A DNA stretch of 64,000 nucleotides, from assembly GCA_964057225.1 (NCBI GenBank), contig OZ059897.1, positions 13,640,001 to 13,704,000 of the forward strand, read 5' to 3'. Position numbers and translations under genes: made by a program. Below the pieces are notes generated by a model. The model worked only from the letters and a program-made list of their open reading frames with translations, did no database searches and had not been told where the DNA came from. The stretch's first letter is position 1, and every line of letters starts with the position of its first letter. Origin of the DNA: Auanema rhodensis. Its lineage: Eukaryota > Animalia > Nematoda. This document shows positions 31,801-44,252 of this stretch, piece after piece.

Positions 31801-34800
31801 ATTTTCTAGATGAAACTATCTGCGGAAATCCCCGTACATTAGGAATTATGCAGAAAAAGTGAGTTTCTATTTCATTTATAAAAGCCATAGCGCACAGGGG
31901 GTTGCATTTGTAAGAATTGAATAATGCATCAATAATGCAATGCGTTGCACTACTTCTTCAATTTATGGGGAAGCGGATCTGTTAGATGGTCAAAATGCTC
32001 AGTTTTAGATAGAAATGCTGTTTAGTGAATGATTCATTCACAATGACTGTTATTCCTGTCTTTGCGAGTTGTTACTCTGATTAGTCATAATGGAAATGCT
32101 CATCATAAATTCTTTATGGCCATATTCGATAGTGTTTATCCTTTTGTTCTTAAATGCCATTGGCATTTGTAAAAGTTGTTATTCGTTTGAGATTTTAACG
32201 AATTGGCAACTATTTGTACGTTTGTATGTTACCTAAGAACAACATTCTCAGCGGGTGTCCAAAGAAGTCCTTGGAATCGTCTTAGAATTTGTCTCGATCA
32301 GATTGTACTCAACCAATTAGGTTATTGATTTACGTGATGGTAAAGAGGATATGAATGGTGCTGTAATATTTTGTCTGAAGTGTAGTACCAGATTGTGGAA
32401 ATTCAAGATGAATATCATCATGATCCTTGAAGCCAAAGGCGTGCGCCTTATTTTGAATATGCAGATTCGATCGGCACTTGTATTATAATCCCCTTTGGCG
32501 ACCGCATGAGGTTTTCATCCACGAAGATGTAGCTCCTATTGTACAGTAATAGGTGGTGCATCTTCTAGGAGAACAGTTTTTTTTTGTTGGGGAAGGCTCA
32601 GTAGGGTAGCATTTTATTCGCGCAAAGCTGTAATTTTCTAGTCAAGCAGAATAGAAACTAGGTCTGTCTGCACCATGTGTTCAACATGGGTCTAATCTCG
32701 TGCACTGTCATGTCCTCATTAATTTTTGGGTGGAGAAGCGTTGTTAAATTCTCGTGTTGCGTGGGTTATAAGCGTTCTCTAAATCTGATTTTACGATTCT
32801 AAGATGAGATACAAGCGAATGATTTTATACATTAATGGTTTCTGACATCATGCAAGTGATGATAAATGTTTCTTGCTGACAGCATACAATGGATATCTTA
32901 CTTATATACAAGCAGCTTGCGTAAGCAAGTATGATATAGGGAATTAGATGACCCACAAGTTGCAACTTTTTCGGTATTCAGTATTTTCTAAAGAAGATTG
33001 TCTTCGTTTCAAAGTATAACTACATGGTGCAGTGACCCGATGGCCACTATTCATCTAGACAATGGGTAAGCCTCGGCACGTAGCAGAATCATACTTACTA
33101 TACCGACAACTTATCTTGCGAAGTTGCCGAACGAAACTTGACCCTGTATTTGTTTCCAATTTGTGCTATTGTAATGCTTTCTTTGACCACTAAACAAGAC
33201 TTTTTTCTTTAGTATTCTACAATTCATTTTCCCCCAATGAGCGAAATAACTTTTTTTCAAACGGTGTTTTATCGGGTTCTTGAAATAATTTCCAATAAGA
33301 TTACAACTTTGAATATATTCAAGAAGAAATATGAAATCTGTTGTTTGGAGGGTAAATAATTCGTTTCATTTTGTACAGTCATTTAATTTTTGTAATGAAT
33401 TTCATGGTTGGTAGAAAACAAGCAGATGACCACCTGGGCTTGTACTGACATTTGTTCGACATAGTGTATGCCTTCTGTCAACCATTTCGCTTGACTAGCT
33501 CTTCTTTACCAAACCTACCATCAGCTGTTTTCGCTAATTGTTTTGTGCATTAGCTAAAACTCATAATTAAGGCTGCGCTTTCAAGCCATCCCTTAGGCTT
33601 CTTCCCAAAAATGTGTCGAATGTAGGGGGTAGAACGTTTACTTTTTTCTTGGTTACTAACAGGCACTTGATTCTAGTTGACCTTGTAGGAATACTGCCAT
33701 GATTGTTTAATTTAACAGCATGATTCCATGTCATTGCTTAAAGTTTGTATGAATAAAGCTTAAGGAACTCATTGTCTGCTGGCCCTCAACGGGTCCTCCT
33801 ATCGGTGTGGTGTCTAAAGAATGCCATTCCAAATTTGAATATGTATCTCAGAACATTCTAAAGTGGTGTGCGTTGAACACTGTTTTAATGTGGTTTCAAT
33901 TATTCTCAGATGACACTAACGCATTGAAGCAAATATTGTCCTGACCAGCTGCTGAATCTTCATACCCAGAAAGTCTTTAACTATGTTCACTTCACCATGT
34001 TGTCGTTCACACTAACTATATCCGATGTTGAACGGCAGGTGGTTGTATGTGTTATGTTTCCTTCAACACCTATTGGAAATTGACTTCCGAAATACATATT
34101 GGCTTTTGCTCGGATGCTAGGTGACATTAGAAAAGGCGTTGAACCATAGCGCTCTTTTCATAGATGAAAGGAAGTGCGCAATGCCAAACGAAGCCATATA
34201 GATTTACACTAAGGGTTTTCGAGACTGATGGATCTATTGCATTGAGCCTTCACAGCTCAGTGTGGAAGAGCATAAAGAAGTCTTGGGGTCAAACGGGTTT
34301 AGCCAGACAAGTGACCTCATTATTCATACTATCCTTGACAGCTTATGAATAGCAATCGGGTGATCAAAAGGAATCAGCTAGGTGGAAAACTATTTTGATG
34401 AATTATAAGCGTCGCCTTTTTTGGGCTACAAATCTTGAGACAATCATCTCTGGAAATTCTTCAGATGTGATGGGCAACGGGAATGTAAATTTATTGTTAA
34501 TCGCTACATGTTCCCTGATCCATGCCCACAAGTCAGCAAATATCTTGAAACTACCTATTCTTGTGTTGAAGGTACAATATATTGAATGTTATCCTTTATG
34601 CTTGTTGTTGAGTTGGTGATAGTACACAGTTATAAGTTATCGTGTAATTGGTTAATACAAAAAGAACAATACTGTTATTTCGTTACTTAATTGCTTATTG
34701 TGTTGTGTTTGTCAGATGTGATGGTAAACGAGAGTGTGCTCAACGTTCTGTAACCGAGGATTTTATTGGAGATGTGCACCCGTGCCCAAATTTCGCTCTT

Positions 34801-37800
34801 CCTCTATATTTGGATGTAACGTATACATGTGTGCCTGAAGGTTTGTGTTGTGTGCCTGCATGTGCTTCGTTTATTTACGCCAGACTATGTGCTTACTTAT
34901 GATTAATCTTTTAGAAACAACGACCACTACCACTACTACTATAGCTAGTACTACCACTGCAGCTAAAGATGAGCACCATCCAGATGTGGTGATTGAAAAC
35001 AAGCCGTGAGTCTAGCCAATTTGTTAAGGATTTACTTAGTCCCGAATTTTTCTAGTTCTCGTCACGATGATGTCCAAAAACCTATTCTCGTATGCCCTTC
35101 AAAAGTCATCAATGGTGTTGAATATCCAGCAACTGCTGCTGGATTTACCACTAATACAAGACCTTGCATGGATGGAGCTAGTGGAGAATCCTGGTGGAAA
35201 TGTAGTGAGGAAGGCTTCTGGCTCGGGAAGTACCCAAATACTACGAAATGTATCAGCGATTGGATTTTCTCAAAGTCTCAATTATTGGAAGAGCACAGAG
35301 AAAAGGCAGATGGGCCAGGAATCGCAGATGTAATAATCATTGACTCTAACATATATATATATATATTCTCTATTTTTAGTTTCTTCGCGATTTGGCTGCA
35401 AAAGCTAGAGGCACAATTCAAGCTGGTGATTTACCATATCTTCTCACATTTATTGAGAAGACTATCACTGCACTTACCACAGAACCATGGGCTCTTAGAG
35501 TTCGACAGCTCTGTAACGATGTAAGACTTAAAATTCATTTTCTTTTGAAATTTATTTTATCTTTAGAAAATGTTCGAACTCGTTTACCACCTGAGTACTC
35601 ACGTTGATGCCTGGAGTGCTTGGCCAAGACACAAAAAAGGACAAATGGCTGATAAGCTATTGAAGTATATGGAACAAGTAATAGCTTGGAGTTCCGGAGG
35701 AGATAAGCCAATGACTTCTCTCTATGCTCGCGGACATTTGTTGGCTCAGATGAGTGATTCGTATGAGGTATATATTGCTTTTTTCTATTTTTAATACGTG
35801 TTTTATTCTAGGTACTAAAGAAATCAGGAGGAAGCTATATTAGCCTCCCATCTTCTCGCACCTTCGATTATATGGACGATAATATTGATGCACCATTGAA
35901 AGCTTTGCGTCAATTTGATGGACGATCCGTTCTTTACTTTTCTGCTATTGATACTATGGGAACAAACTTTGAGCCTGAACCAATTCGTGCTTCCTCTCGT
36001 CCTGATATCAAGCATTCCTTGATTCAACGCAGAGTAGTATCTAATATAGTGACAGCTTCTATTGTCTCGAATGGAATTGTTCAGAAAGTTTCTAATTTAG
36101 TCGATCCCGTAAGTGATACTCAATGCGAGATTTTACTTGATTTTTTAACTTTTAGTTGTTCATTACTTTCGGTCACAGTGCTGATCGTGTTCGCCATTTA
36201 AGTAACCCTGAATGCTCTTGGTGGAATTCCGAAGGACTCAAGGTAGTTTTTTAAAGTATCGTCTATTATAATGTTTTGAAACTTTAGTGGCAAAATGATG
36301 GATGTGATCTAGTAAGTCACAACCTTACTCATACAGTGTGCTCATGTTCACATATGACACATTTTGCTGTGTTGATGGATGTTCGTGGGCATCAATTATC
36401 TGATTTTGATAATCAGCTTTTGACTTTCCTCACATATTTTGGATGCTCTCTTTCCGTTGTTTGCCTTATTCTAACTTTCTTGTGTTTCGTTTTATTCTCA
36501 AGATCTGGTGGTGATAGGTAAAAAAATTTAATAATTATATTGTAAATTCATCCAAATTTTACAGGGTTTTTATTCATAAAAATCTTTGCGTAATGTTGGC
36601 TGCTGCTGAGCTGGTTTTCTTACTTGGAATTTGGAGAACCGAAAATAAAATTGAATGCTCGGTTATTGCTGGAGCTCTTCTCTACTTGTTCTTGTCAGCC
36701 TCGACCTGGATGTTTATTGAAGGATACCAGTTGTATCAAATGTTGGTTGAAGTATTTCCTACTGGATCAAAGAAATGCCTGTATACCTTCCTTGGTTATG
36801 GATTCCCTGCTATAATAACAGCTGGAGCTGCAGTATACGATTCTAATGGATTTGGAACAAAAGACCACTGCTGGTATGCCACAATTTTCTCTCTTTTGTT
36901 CTTACTTTTTTATTTTAGGTTGAAGACAGATAACATGTTCATTTTGGCTTTTGTTGGTCCTGCTGCGGTGATCTTTGCGCTCAACACAATATTTCTTGTG
37001 ATGACTTTATGCATTGTCTGCCGTCATTCCTCTGGAGGATACCTACCTTGTAGACATGACTCTGACACTGGTAGAAACGTTAGGTACGAGTTTCAGCTCA
37101 ACTATGAGTCTATTTCTAAGTTTTAGAACTTGGGTCAAGGGAGCGCTAGGAATTTCTTGTCTTTTGGGTGTAACGTGGACTTTTGGACTGTTATGGATTG
37201 ATGATGGTCATTCCATCTTTATGGCTTATGCATTCACTATTGCCAACTCTCTACAAGGATTGTTCATATTCCTATTCCATATTATATTCAGTGAAATGGT
37301 AAAAAAATGTAATAACTTTCATCCTCATTTTGATATTTAAGATGCGCAAAGATATTTCTCGTTGGTTTGCTCGTAGAGGGTGCTGTGGCGTCGATGATTC
37401 TACAGATAGAAAAAATAATCTTCAGAGAGGTGCTCTCAGTCCATCTAATGGAAGTGGTAGTGGTAGCGGAAGCGAGTTCTTGGTAAGTATTTTCCCAGAT
37501 CATTATTAAAACAATTTGCATTATTATCCTTCGTACCCTCTATATTCCTGCAGAAAAAACTTTTTAAAAAGTCTTCGCCAAGTTATATTTCCACGCAGAA
37601 AGAAAACAACGAAGTTCAGAATTGTAGGATCTGGTTGAAGTGAATTTGTACTAATTCCTTCTTCCAATCAACAATATACAACTATGTATAATTGCATGAA
37701 TTTTGTATAGTAACCCAATTAAAACACCCTTACCTTTCTAATCTAACTAAATGTTTTTATAGTATTGTGATTTAATCTATTTATTTTTAGTACCCATCCT

Positions 37801-38356
37801 CTGAAAAATATCATTCTACTCCTCGGCGTCTTGATAGTTCGACCCCTTATGGGCATCAAGCTCTTATTCAACAATATCAACAGCAATGTCTTGCACATCA
37901 AGGAACATATGACTATGCAACTATCCAGTACGGGGATATGATGCCTGGACAAATGTACAGGTCTCCTCCAAATTATCGTACACAGCCCAGAATGGATTAC
38001 CGTCCATATGGTGGAACAATTTATCGTGATCAGGTAAATCATATAGTCTTGTTTTCATATTTCTATTTTTTATTTTATAGATTTACGGAGTTAATGTTCC
38101 TAGTATGATTCCTAACCAACAGCAACAGTATCACCGTCCCCCTCCTGAGTTTTCCCCTCCTCCTCCACCACCCCAAGGAGTGCCACGTGCCCTCTACTAT
38201 GCATCACGTAGACCTCCTAGCAGTAAAATGAGTGACGATTCTGCCTATTCTGAAGGCGGATCCAGCATGCTTGCAACGGAAGTTACTCCAACCGGAGCTA
38301 CTGTTCTTCGTATGGATTTAAGCAAGAACCCACCTGTCTACTGCCAAGACCTGTAA
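28817..38356 (+). CDS. lat-1: Latrophilin-type adhesion GPCR LAT-1 (signal peptide, RBL/SUEL lectin, Thr-rich linker, HRM, GAIN/GPS, 7TM, C-tail)
   Basis: Signal exon MTRYSYYLSIILFLGATIAHS; lectin ACEGQEAYLQCPPGQVIKIELANYGR; HRM W-K-C...W...PNTTKC; GPS CSCSHMTHFAVLM; 7TM IHKNLC...WMFIEG...LLGVTW...NSLQG; tail SKMSDDSAYS...YCQDL*. Confidence 0.95.
34465..34571 (+). CDS. lat-1: lat-1 lectin-domain exon, variant A (canonical)
   Basis: TTCAG acceptor, GT donor, 107 nt; encodes CDGQRECKFIVNRYMFPDPCPQVSKYLETTYSCVE. Confidence 0.88.
34716..34840 (+). CDS. lat-1: lat-1 lectin-domain exon, variant B (mutually exclusive paralog of A)
   Basis: GTCAG acceptor, GT donor, 125 nt, same phases as exon A; encodes CDGKRECAQRSVTEDFIGDVHPCPNFALPLYLDVTYTCVPE with the four cysteines kept. 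Confidence 0.85.
37554..37643 (+). CDS. Candidate alternative terminal exon of lat-1 (short C-tail)
   Basis: CCTGCAG acceptor inside an unusually long intron; in frame with the preceding exon; KKLFKKSSPSYISTQKENNEVQNCRIWLK*. Confidence 0.45.
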   Translation, partial: KKLFKKSSPSYISTQKENNEVQNCRIWLK

Positions 38357-39199
38357 ATGATTATGTATAATGTATTTTAATTTCTTTCTATCTAATAGCC
38401 AGAAGTATATATAGCTATATCAATTCTTTTTGCCGGTTGTATACGGGTATCGCTCAACATTTTTCCTCACTGCCATGTTGTTTGTGCAATTTCCATTTTA
38501 CCTTATTCTTTTATGCAACTTAAGAAGTGCCTAATTCGACATTATTTTTTTAAAAACATATAGATCGTAATATCTCTTTTTATTTTCTTCATGACAATAT
38601 TTGCCAGAACGTAATGTAATTTCACTTTTCACCGGTATACGTACATACAGATCAGGAAATTCGATTTTTTTCATGAACTTTTGTACAGCTGTCTCTAGTC
38701 AAGAGACAAATTATAATAACAATTGTTATAGATGTTCTTTAAAACTTTGCAGAGTAATAAATCATTTATGTTTTACTTTCTTTTTGCAATGTTAAACAAA
38801 CCGGAAGAGTTTAAACCATTAAAGCAGCGATCTTCAAGAAAGAACATATTCTGATGTTTTCCCAATGTTCCTTATCTCAAAAAATATTTTCATCACAAGT
38901 AATAGCCGTAAAAATAATCTAGTAGAATTCAGAAGGTACATATAAAACAGAAATCGAAATACTTTGAAGCTGAATATTAGCAAATCTTCAATCTGTTCAC
39001 GAAGATTTTAAGCCATAGTTGCCACCATATTAATGAATCGATTTGATTTAACAATCAATGATATAAACATATTATCGAAATACTGTAAGTTGATAAACTT
39101 TAAAATGAAAAACAAGATACTGAGAAAAAATTTGTTAAAATGACGATCAAAACTGATTTCGATACTTAGGGCTGATGAAATGAATATTCTCATTTTGCA

Positions 39200-39640
39200 T
39201 CAGGATAAAGTACCCAAATCAGCTTGATATTTATGAAATAATTTAAAAATAACCTGATAAAATATACCAGCGAGACGAAGTACTATATAGCGTTCATAAT
39301 CTGTCGTGGATGTACCATATGGCTTAAAGTGTGGGGAGAGGGTGGGGTGGAAATGAAAAAAGATTTGTCCCAAAGATAAAAGGGTATGGTACATAGAACA
39401 ATTCTGAAGAACTTTCTGGCAATTTTTGTTTGATAAACTCAAAACTTAATTGAACGACACGGTTCCACTTTGAAGAACAATTATAGTCAGACAACATGCT
39501 GAAAACGGTAAATGTTTGAGGATCAAGTCAAACATAGAGCCATACAGTTTTTTGAAAATTTTTGGAATATTTACGCCAGTTTCGTGTTTCTGCGAACCTT
39601 TTATATCTTTATTCTGATAGCTTGAACAGTCTCTCGGAGA
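39200..39640 (-). CDS. Uncharacterised spliced ORF or pseudogene fragment
   Basis: Three segments join in frame across GT-AG introns (DCSSYQNKDIKG...LYGSI / MLSDYNCSSKWNRVVQ...ELFY / PYGTSTTDYERYIVLRLA). No family recognised; ends uncertain. Confidence 0.3.
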
Positions 39641-40449
39641 AAATTGATATAATAGTAATGTTTCAATCAACCTGTCTACATGGAAAATGTCAAAGACAAA
39701 ATCTTTTTTTTATTTCCTCACATATGTATAGTATACGATGCCATATCACATTTTTTTACAAATTATATGTGATATTCTGGCGTTTTTTACAGTTACAAAT
39801 AATTTGTAGTCATCCACGATGAAAGTTGGACATTTAAAGTGAAAAGTCAAAGAATCTCTTGGTAAACCAAAGAAAAACAATTACATTTTTTACAAGCATA
39901 GAAGTCATATTTTTGGGATAAAACAATTGATAATACCAATTTAGAGATTAATAATATTTTTTCTTGTACTCCTGAAAGTGTTCGACATGCTTTGGATAGG
40001 AGCTTATATTAACTATCTTTATGAATAAACTAAACTTTTCTTAACATAAACTATAGTACTGGTTAGACCTGAAACTATTGATATCAGAGATTACAGTTCA
40101 ATAGCACCAAATGATTACAATTGCGAATTGCCAGTTATCAGTATTTTCCGAAACAAAAATTAAAAAAAAAAAAGTATTATCTATTACGAAGTGTTAGATG
40201 TTTTTTTTTTAATAATATATACAGTAGTGAAACAATTCATGGCATTTATTATTTAATTATTCAATATTTTCAAAATCTAGAAATATTTATATTTCAGCCG
40301 ACGATATCCGAATTTATAAGAAAGAATAAGAATCTTTATCAAAAAACCAACAAATAAACTGAAAGTTATTAAAAATAAAATTATTATATATCGTCTAAAC
40401 ACGCAAAAAAAAACAATTCGTCCCGACATTTTAACAATTTGTGTTTTTT

Positions 40450-42513
40450 TTAATACACAGTCATTGATTTCTCATAAAGTTTGGCAATGATTTCTCTGTC
40501 TGTTTTTCTTGGAGCGATGGCAATATTCGGAACTGCAGCAACAGCTGATTCGGTCAACGCCTCTGAAAATACTACTCAGTATAAAAATAAAACTTATATT
40601 TTAAACCGATATCACTGAATTGGAAGCCAAGTTCTTTTAAACCATTGGGAACTTTGAAATCACTCATGAAACCACGAACTTCATCGCACAACTTGCGAGC
40701 AATATATTCTGAATCAGCGGACACCTAAAGTCTGACACTAAACAATTCCTCGTTTTATAATATTTACTGGAATATCAGCGCCTAAACACCGAGCAGCTTC
40801 GGCATGCCTATCAGGAAAAGCAGAAGCTGTGAATTCGAAGTCTGCTACTGCTGTTGTAACAACGGATAAACCTTCAATTACATTATTGAGGATTAACTTG
40901 TAATCGCTTATTTACCATGAGGAATTAGAGGCTTATTGCTTGGGTAATCGCAATCGTGATAAGATTTTCCTTGAGAACTAGATGAAAATTTTTCATTTGA
41001 TTATATCCACTACAGAGTTTGATAAATTACCTTATCGGGTAGCTCAAACCATGACAAAGATGAACTCCGGCATTTCCAAATCCTACTCCCGCGAAAGAAC
41101 TTGCCATCATCATATGGGTACGTGCTTCCTCATCCGAAGCATCTTCTACACTTCTACGGAAATATTTTGCAATTATCTACACAAGCACTAGTGAACCATC
41201 TATCTCTGAACTTTTTCTTACTCTTAATGCTTCTTTGCTCCAGACATCGCTAATGGGGTTTGATCCTTGATACAATGGGCGAAGTTCAGGCTTCAGAGGT
41301 CTTGGCGATCTCTTAAGTTGGATTATTTATTTGTTCATAAACGTATAATCCTACTTCATTATAAGGTAAGGCTGTGTAACTTTCTAATGCATGGCATAAC
41401 ACATCAAAACCTGAATAGATAGCTACATTACGTGGCATACTGAAAATTATTTGATATTTGCCCAAAGAACGTTCAACTATCACCTAAGAACGTTCAAGGG
41501 ATCAATTAAGGCAAGTAGTGGTTTCAAACAGCGAATGCGTATTCCTGTTTTACATTTTTTTTCTGGTAAATCCATAATAGAAACAGCTGAAACATTAGCC
41601 TTTTCTGCCAGCTTATAATATTAATTTTACCAGTTGTCTCACTTCCTGTACCAGCAGTCGTAGGAATCGCAATGAGAGGTAACATTGGGTTTTCAGGAAT
41701 TAATCCTTTCCCAAAGGGCAAACCCACAAAATCCAAGAAATCAGAATCAGGATTAGAACAGTATAAAGCGGCTGCCTAATATATTTTTAAAAACATGTTT
41801 CAACTAACGGAACTACTTTTGCGGTGTCAATAACAGAACCTCCCCCAATAGCAACAAAACTATCACAGCCTTGTTTTCTAGCAAAATTAACAGCTTGAAG
41901 CATGCCTGTAGTAAATTTATAACGTTTATGACGATATATTGTGGATTAACTAGTGTCACTAGGCTCAATCATGCATTCTTCAAACACAGAATACGGTACC
42001 CCAACATCCTTGAGAGACTGGGCAGCTACCCTAAATAATTAATTTGCAAATGTTAGAGCGCACACTTATGATATCATGCTGAATGTTCTACCGTTAGCAA
42101 ATATTTTCAGATAAAAAATAAATTCAAGTTGATGATCAACAAATATAAAAGTTGCCTTAGGCATGGAATACAACTCATATATTTTGTATATTAGATATAA
42201 ACATACTTGAATGCATTGGTGTTGACAACATTTTTATCTGTTATCAAGAGAGTATGTTTGGATTTAAGCTTTTGAACGTCATATCCCAATTCAGCTGTAA
42301 CTCCTCTTCCAAATCTAAGAGTAGAGCACACCATTTCAAAAGCATAATCTTTTGTTAAGCCTAATCATTTAATAGAAAAACAATATATTTTCTTGCTAAA
42401 CCTCCTCCACTCAATTTCGCAACCTTAAATGGCTTATTGTCAAACGAGTGATGAGGACAAGTATGTCCAGAAAATGCTTCCATTATTCCTCGGGCAAACT
42501 TTGTTCTCGACAT
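40450..42513 (-). CDS. ADHFE1: Hydroxyacid-oxoacid transhydrogenase, mitochondrial (ADHFE1/hphd-1)
   Basis: [105 protein letters not shown] 3 nt before the ATG. Confidence 0.95.
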
Positions 42514-42961
42514 TCTCTGAAAGCAATAGAGTAATTTAATATTTTAAAATATTCTTAAAAATATTTAAAGATACTACTTAAATTTCAATTTTTTTTAAAC
42601 AAATACATTCATATTCGAAAAAAAATAAAGAAATTTTTATCGAATAGGTCACGCCGTTCTCCTTGGAGACACGTAGAGCGAATGGCCTTTCTAGGCGAAG
42701 TGGCGCCTCCGTTACAGGGGAAAACCATAACCAGCGCAAAAATCTACAATGTACGTGATACGCCTATTCACGTACGCGAAAATGACCCAAGCATGTAAGC
42801 AAACGCTTGATCACCTGTTACTAACCATGATTCAGCAAGCTATTCCTTCGTATTATTGGTCTATAAACTGAAAATGATTTCTATTGATCTTGTCTACATT
42901 TTGAATACTCTTCTTGTTATTTTAAAATCTTTAAATGTAGTATACTGAGTTAGTTTCAGAA

Positions 42962-44010
42962 ATGGAAGCTTTATTCGGTAGACGTAAAACTCCAGCAGAG
43001 CTTCTTCGTCAAAATCAGCGAGCTTTAAATAAAGCTATTCGAGAACTTGATAGGTATTAGTAATTAATATGAAATATGCTAAGCTAATTTGTAGAGAAAA
43101 ACAACGTATGGAAATGCAAGAAAAAAAAGTAATTGCTGAAATTAAAAAAATGGCTAAAGCTAACCAAATGGTTTGTTCTTGTTTTTTTGTATTCAATATA
43201 TATTTTCATGATTTCTTAGGACTCAGTGAAAGTAATGGCAAAAGATTTGGTCCGTACTCGGCGATATATAAAGAAATTTATAATGATGAAGGCTAACATC
43301 CAGGTTTTTTTTTTTTTTCGAAGTTTAATTTAATAGTATTTGAGGCTGTTTCTCTTAAAGTTCAAACATTGAAAAGCCAAGACGCTATGGCCCAAGTAAG
43401 ATATTCAAGCAAATAATTAGATTGGAAATATATTCAGGCTATGAAAGGAGTAACGAAAGCAATGCAATCGATGAACCGTCAACTAAATTTACCTCAAATT
43501 CAAAAAATAATGATGGAGGTTTATTTTTTCAGTTATAGACTGTGAATCCTTTAATTTAGTTTGAGAAACAAAGTGAAATTATGGATATGAAAGAAGAGAT
43601 TATGGGCGATGCTATTGACGATGCCCTAGGTGATGCTAATGATGATGAAGAAAGTGAACACATCGTAAACCAGGCAAGTTGTTTTTGTATATGTAAAAAC
43701 ATCGCAAATTATTAGGCAAACATTTTCTTTAGGAAAGTATGCATTTCCTATTTATCTTGACTCTGTCTTTATTCTCATTTTGTTTTTAGGTGCTAGACGA
43801 ATTAGGTATCCAAATGGGAGAAGAAATGGCTAATATATCTGTTCCAACTGGCCAAATTGGAGCAGCAGAGAAAAAAGGAAAAACTGCTGTACCCGCTGGA
43901 TCAGGTATATAGTTATTTTTCTTATTTTTCTTATTATTCATTATACTTTCCTAGGAAATGATATGGATGACGATTTGCAAGCTAGATTGGACCAATTACG
44001 ACGAGAATAA
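42962..44010 (+). CDS. vps-2: ESCRT-III subunit CHMP2A/Vps2
   Basis: MEALFGRRKTPAELLRQNQRALNKAIRELDRE, MAKDLVRTRRY, ANIQAVSLKVQ, LNLPQIQKIMMEFEKQ; MIM tail DDDLQARLDQLRRE*. Confidence 0.95.
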
Positions 44011-44252
44011 AGCCTGTTCCGCGATATACATTTATTAATCATTGTTTTGGTTTTTGTAAATATATATTTTTGTACTTAAATGAGCTCTCCCCATGCATGT
44101 GATGGCATACTTGTGTTTATTTATTTTTTTTCTCGCTAAATATTGAACATCTATAACCAGTTTTCTTTTTAGTTACATGGTTATAACCATATATTCATAC
44201 TTTTATTTCGCTCATCAAGTTATTGTGTATACATTTGGCCTTTGTAGGTCTA

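Noticed and set aside
15000-34400. Apparent abundance of TGACA/TGTCA (TALE homeodomain sites)
   Set aside because: About 2 per kb are expected by chance at this base composition; enrichment cannot be shown without a count.
31859-34464. Additional copies of the lectin alternative exon in the long intron
   Set aside because: I checked AG|ATG starts by eye; none encodes the C-x5-C...PC...Y-x-C pattern, so the cluster seems to have only two members.
34916-34960. ACT/ACC trinucleotide repeat
   Set aside because: Encodes the Thr-rich linker of LAT-1; not an independent repeat element.
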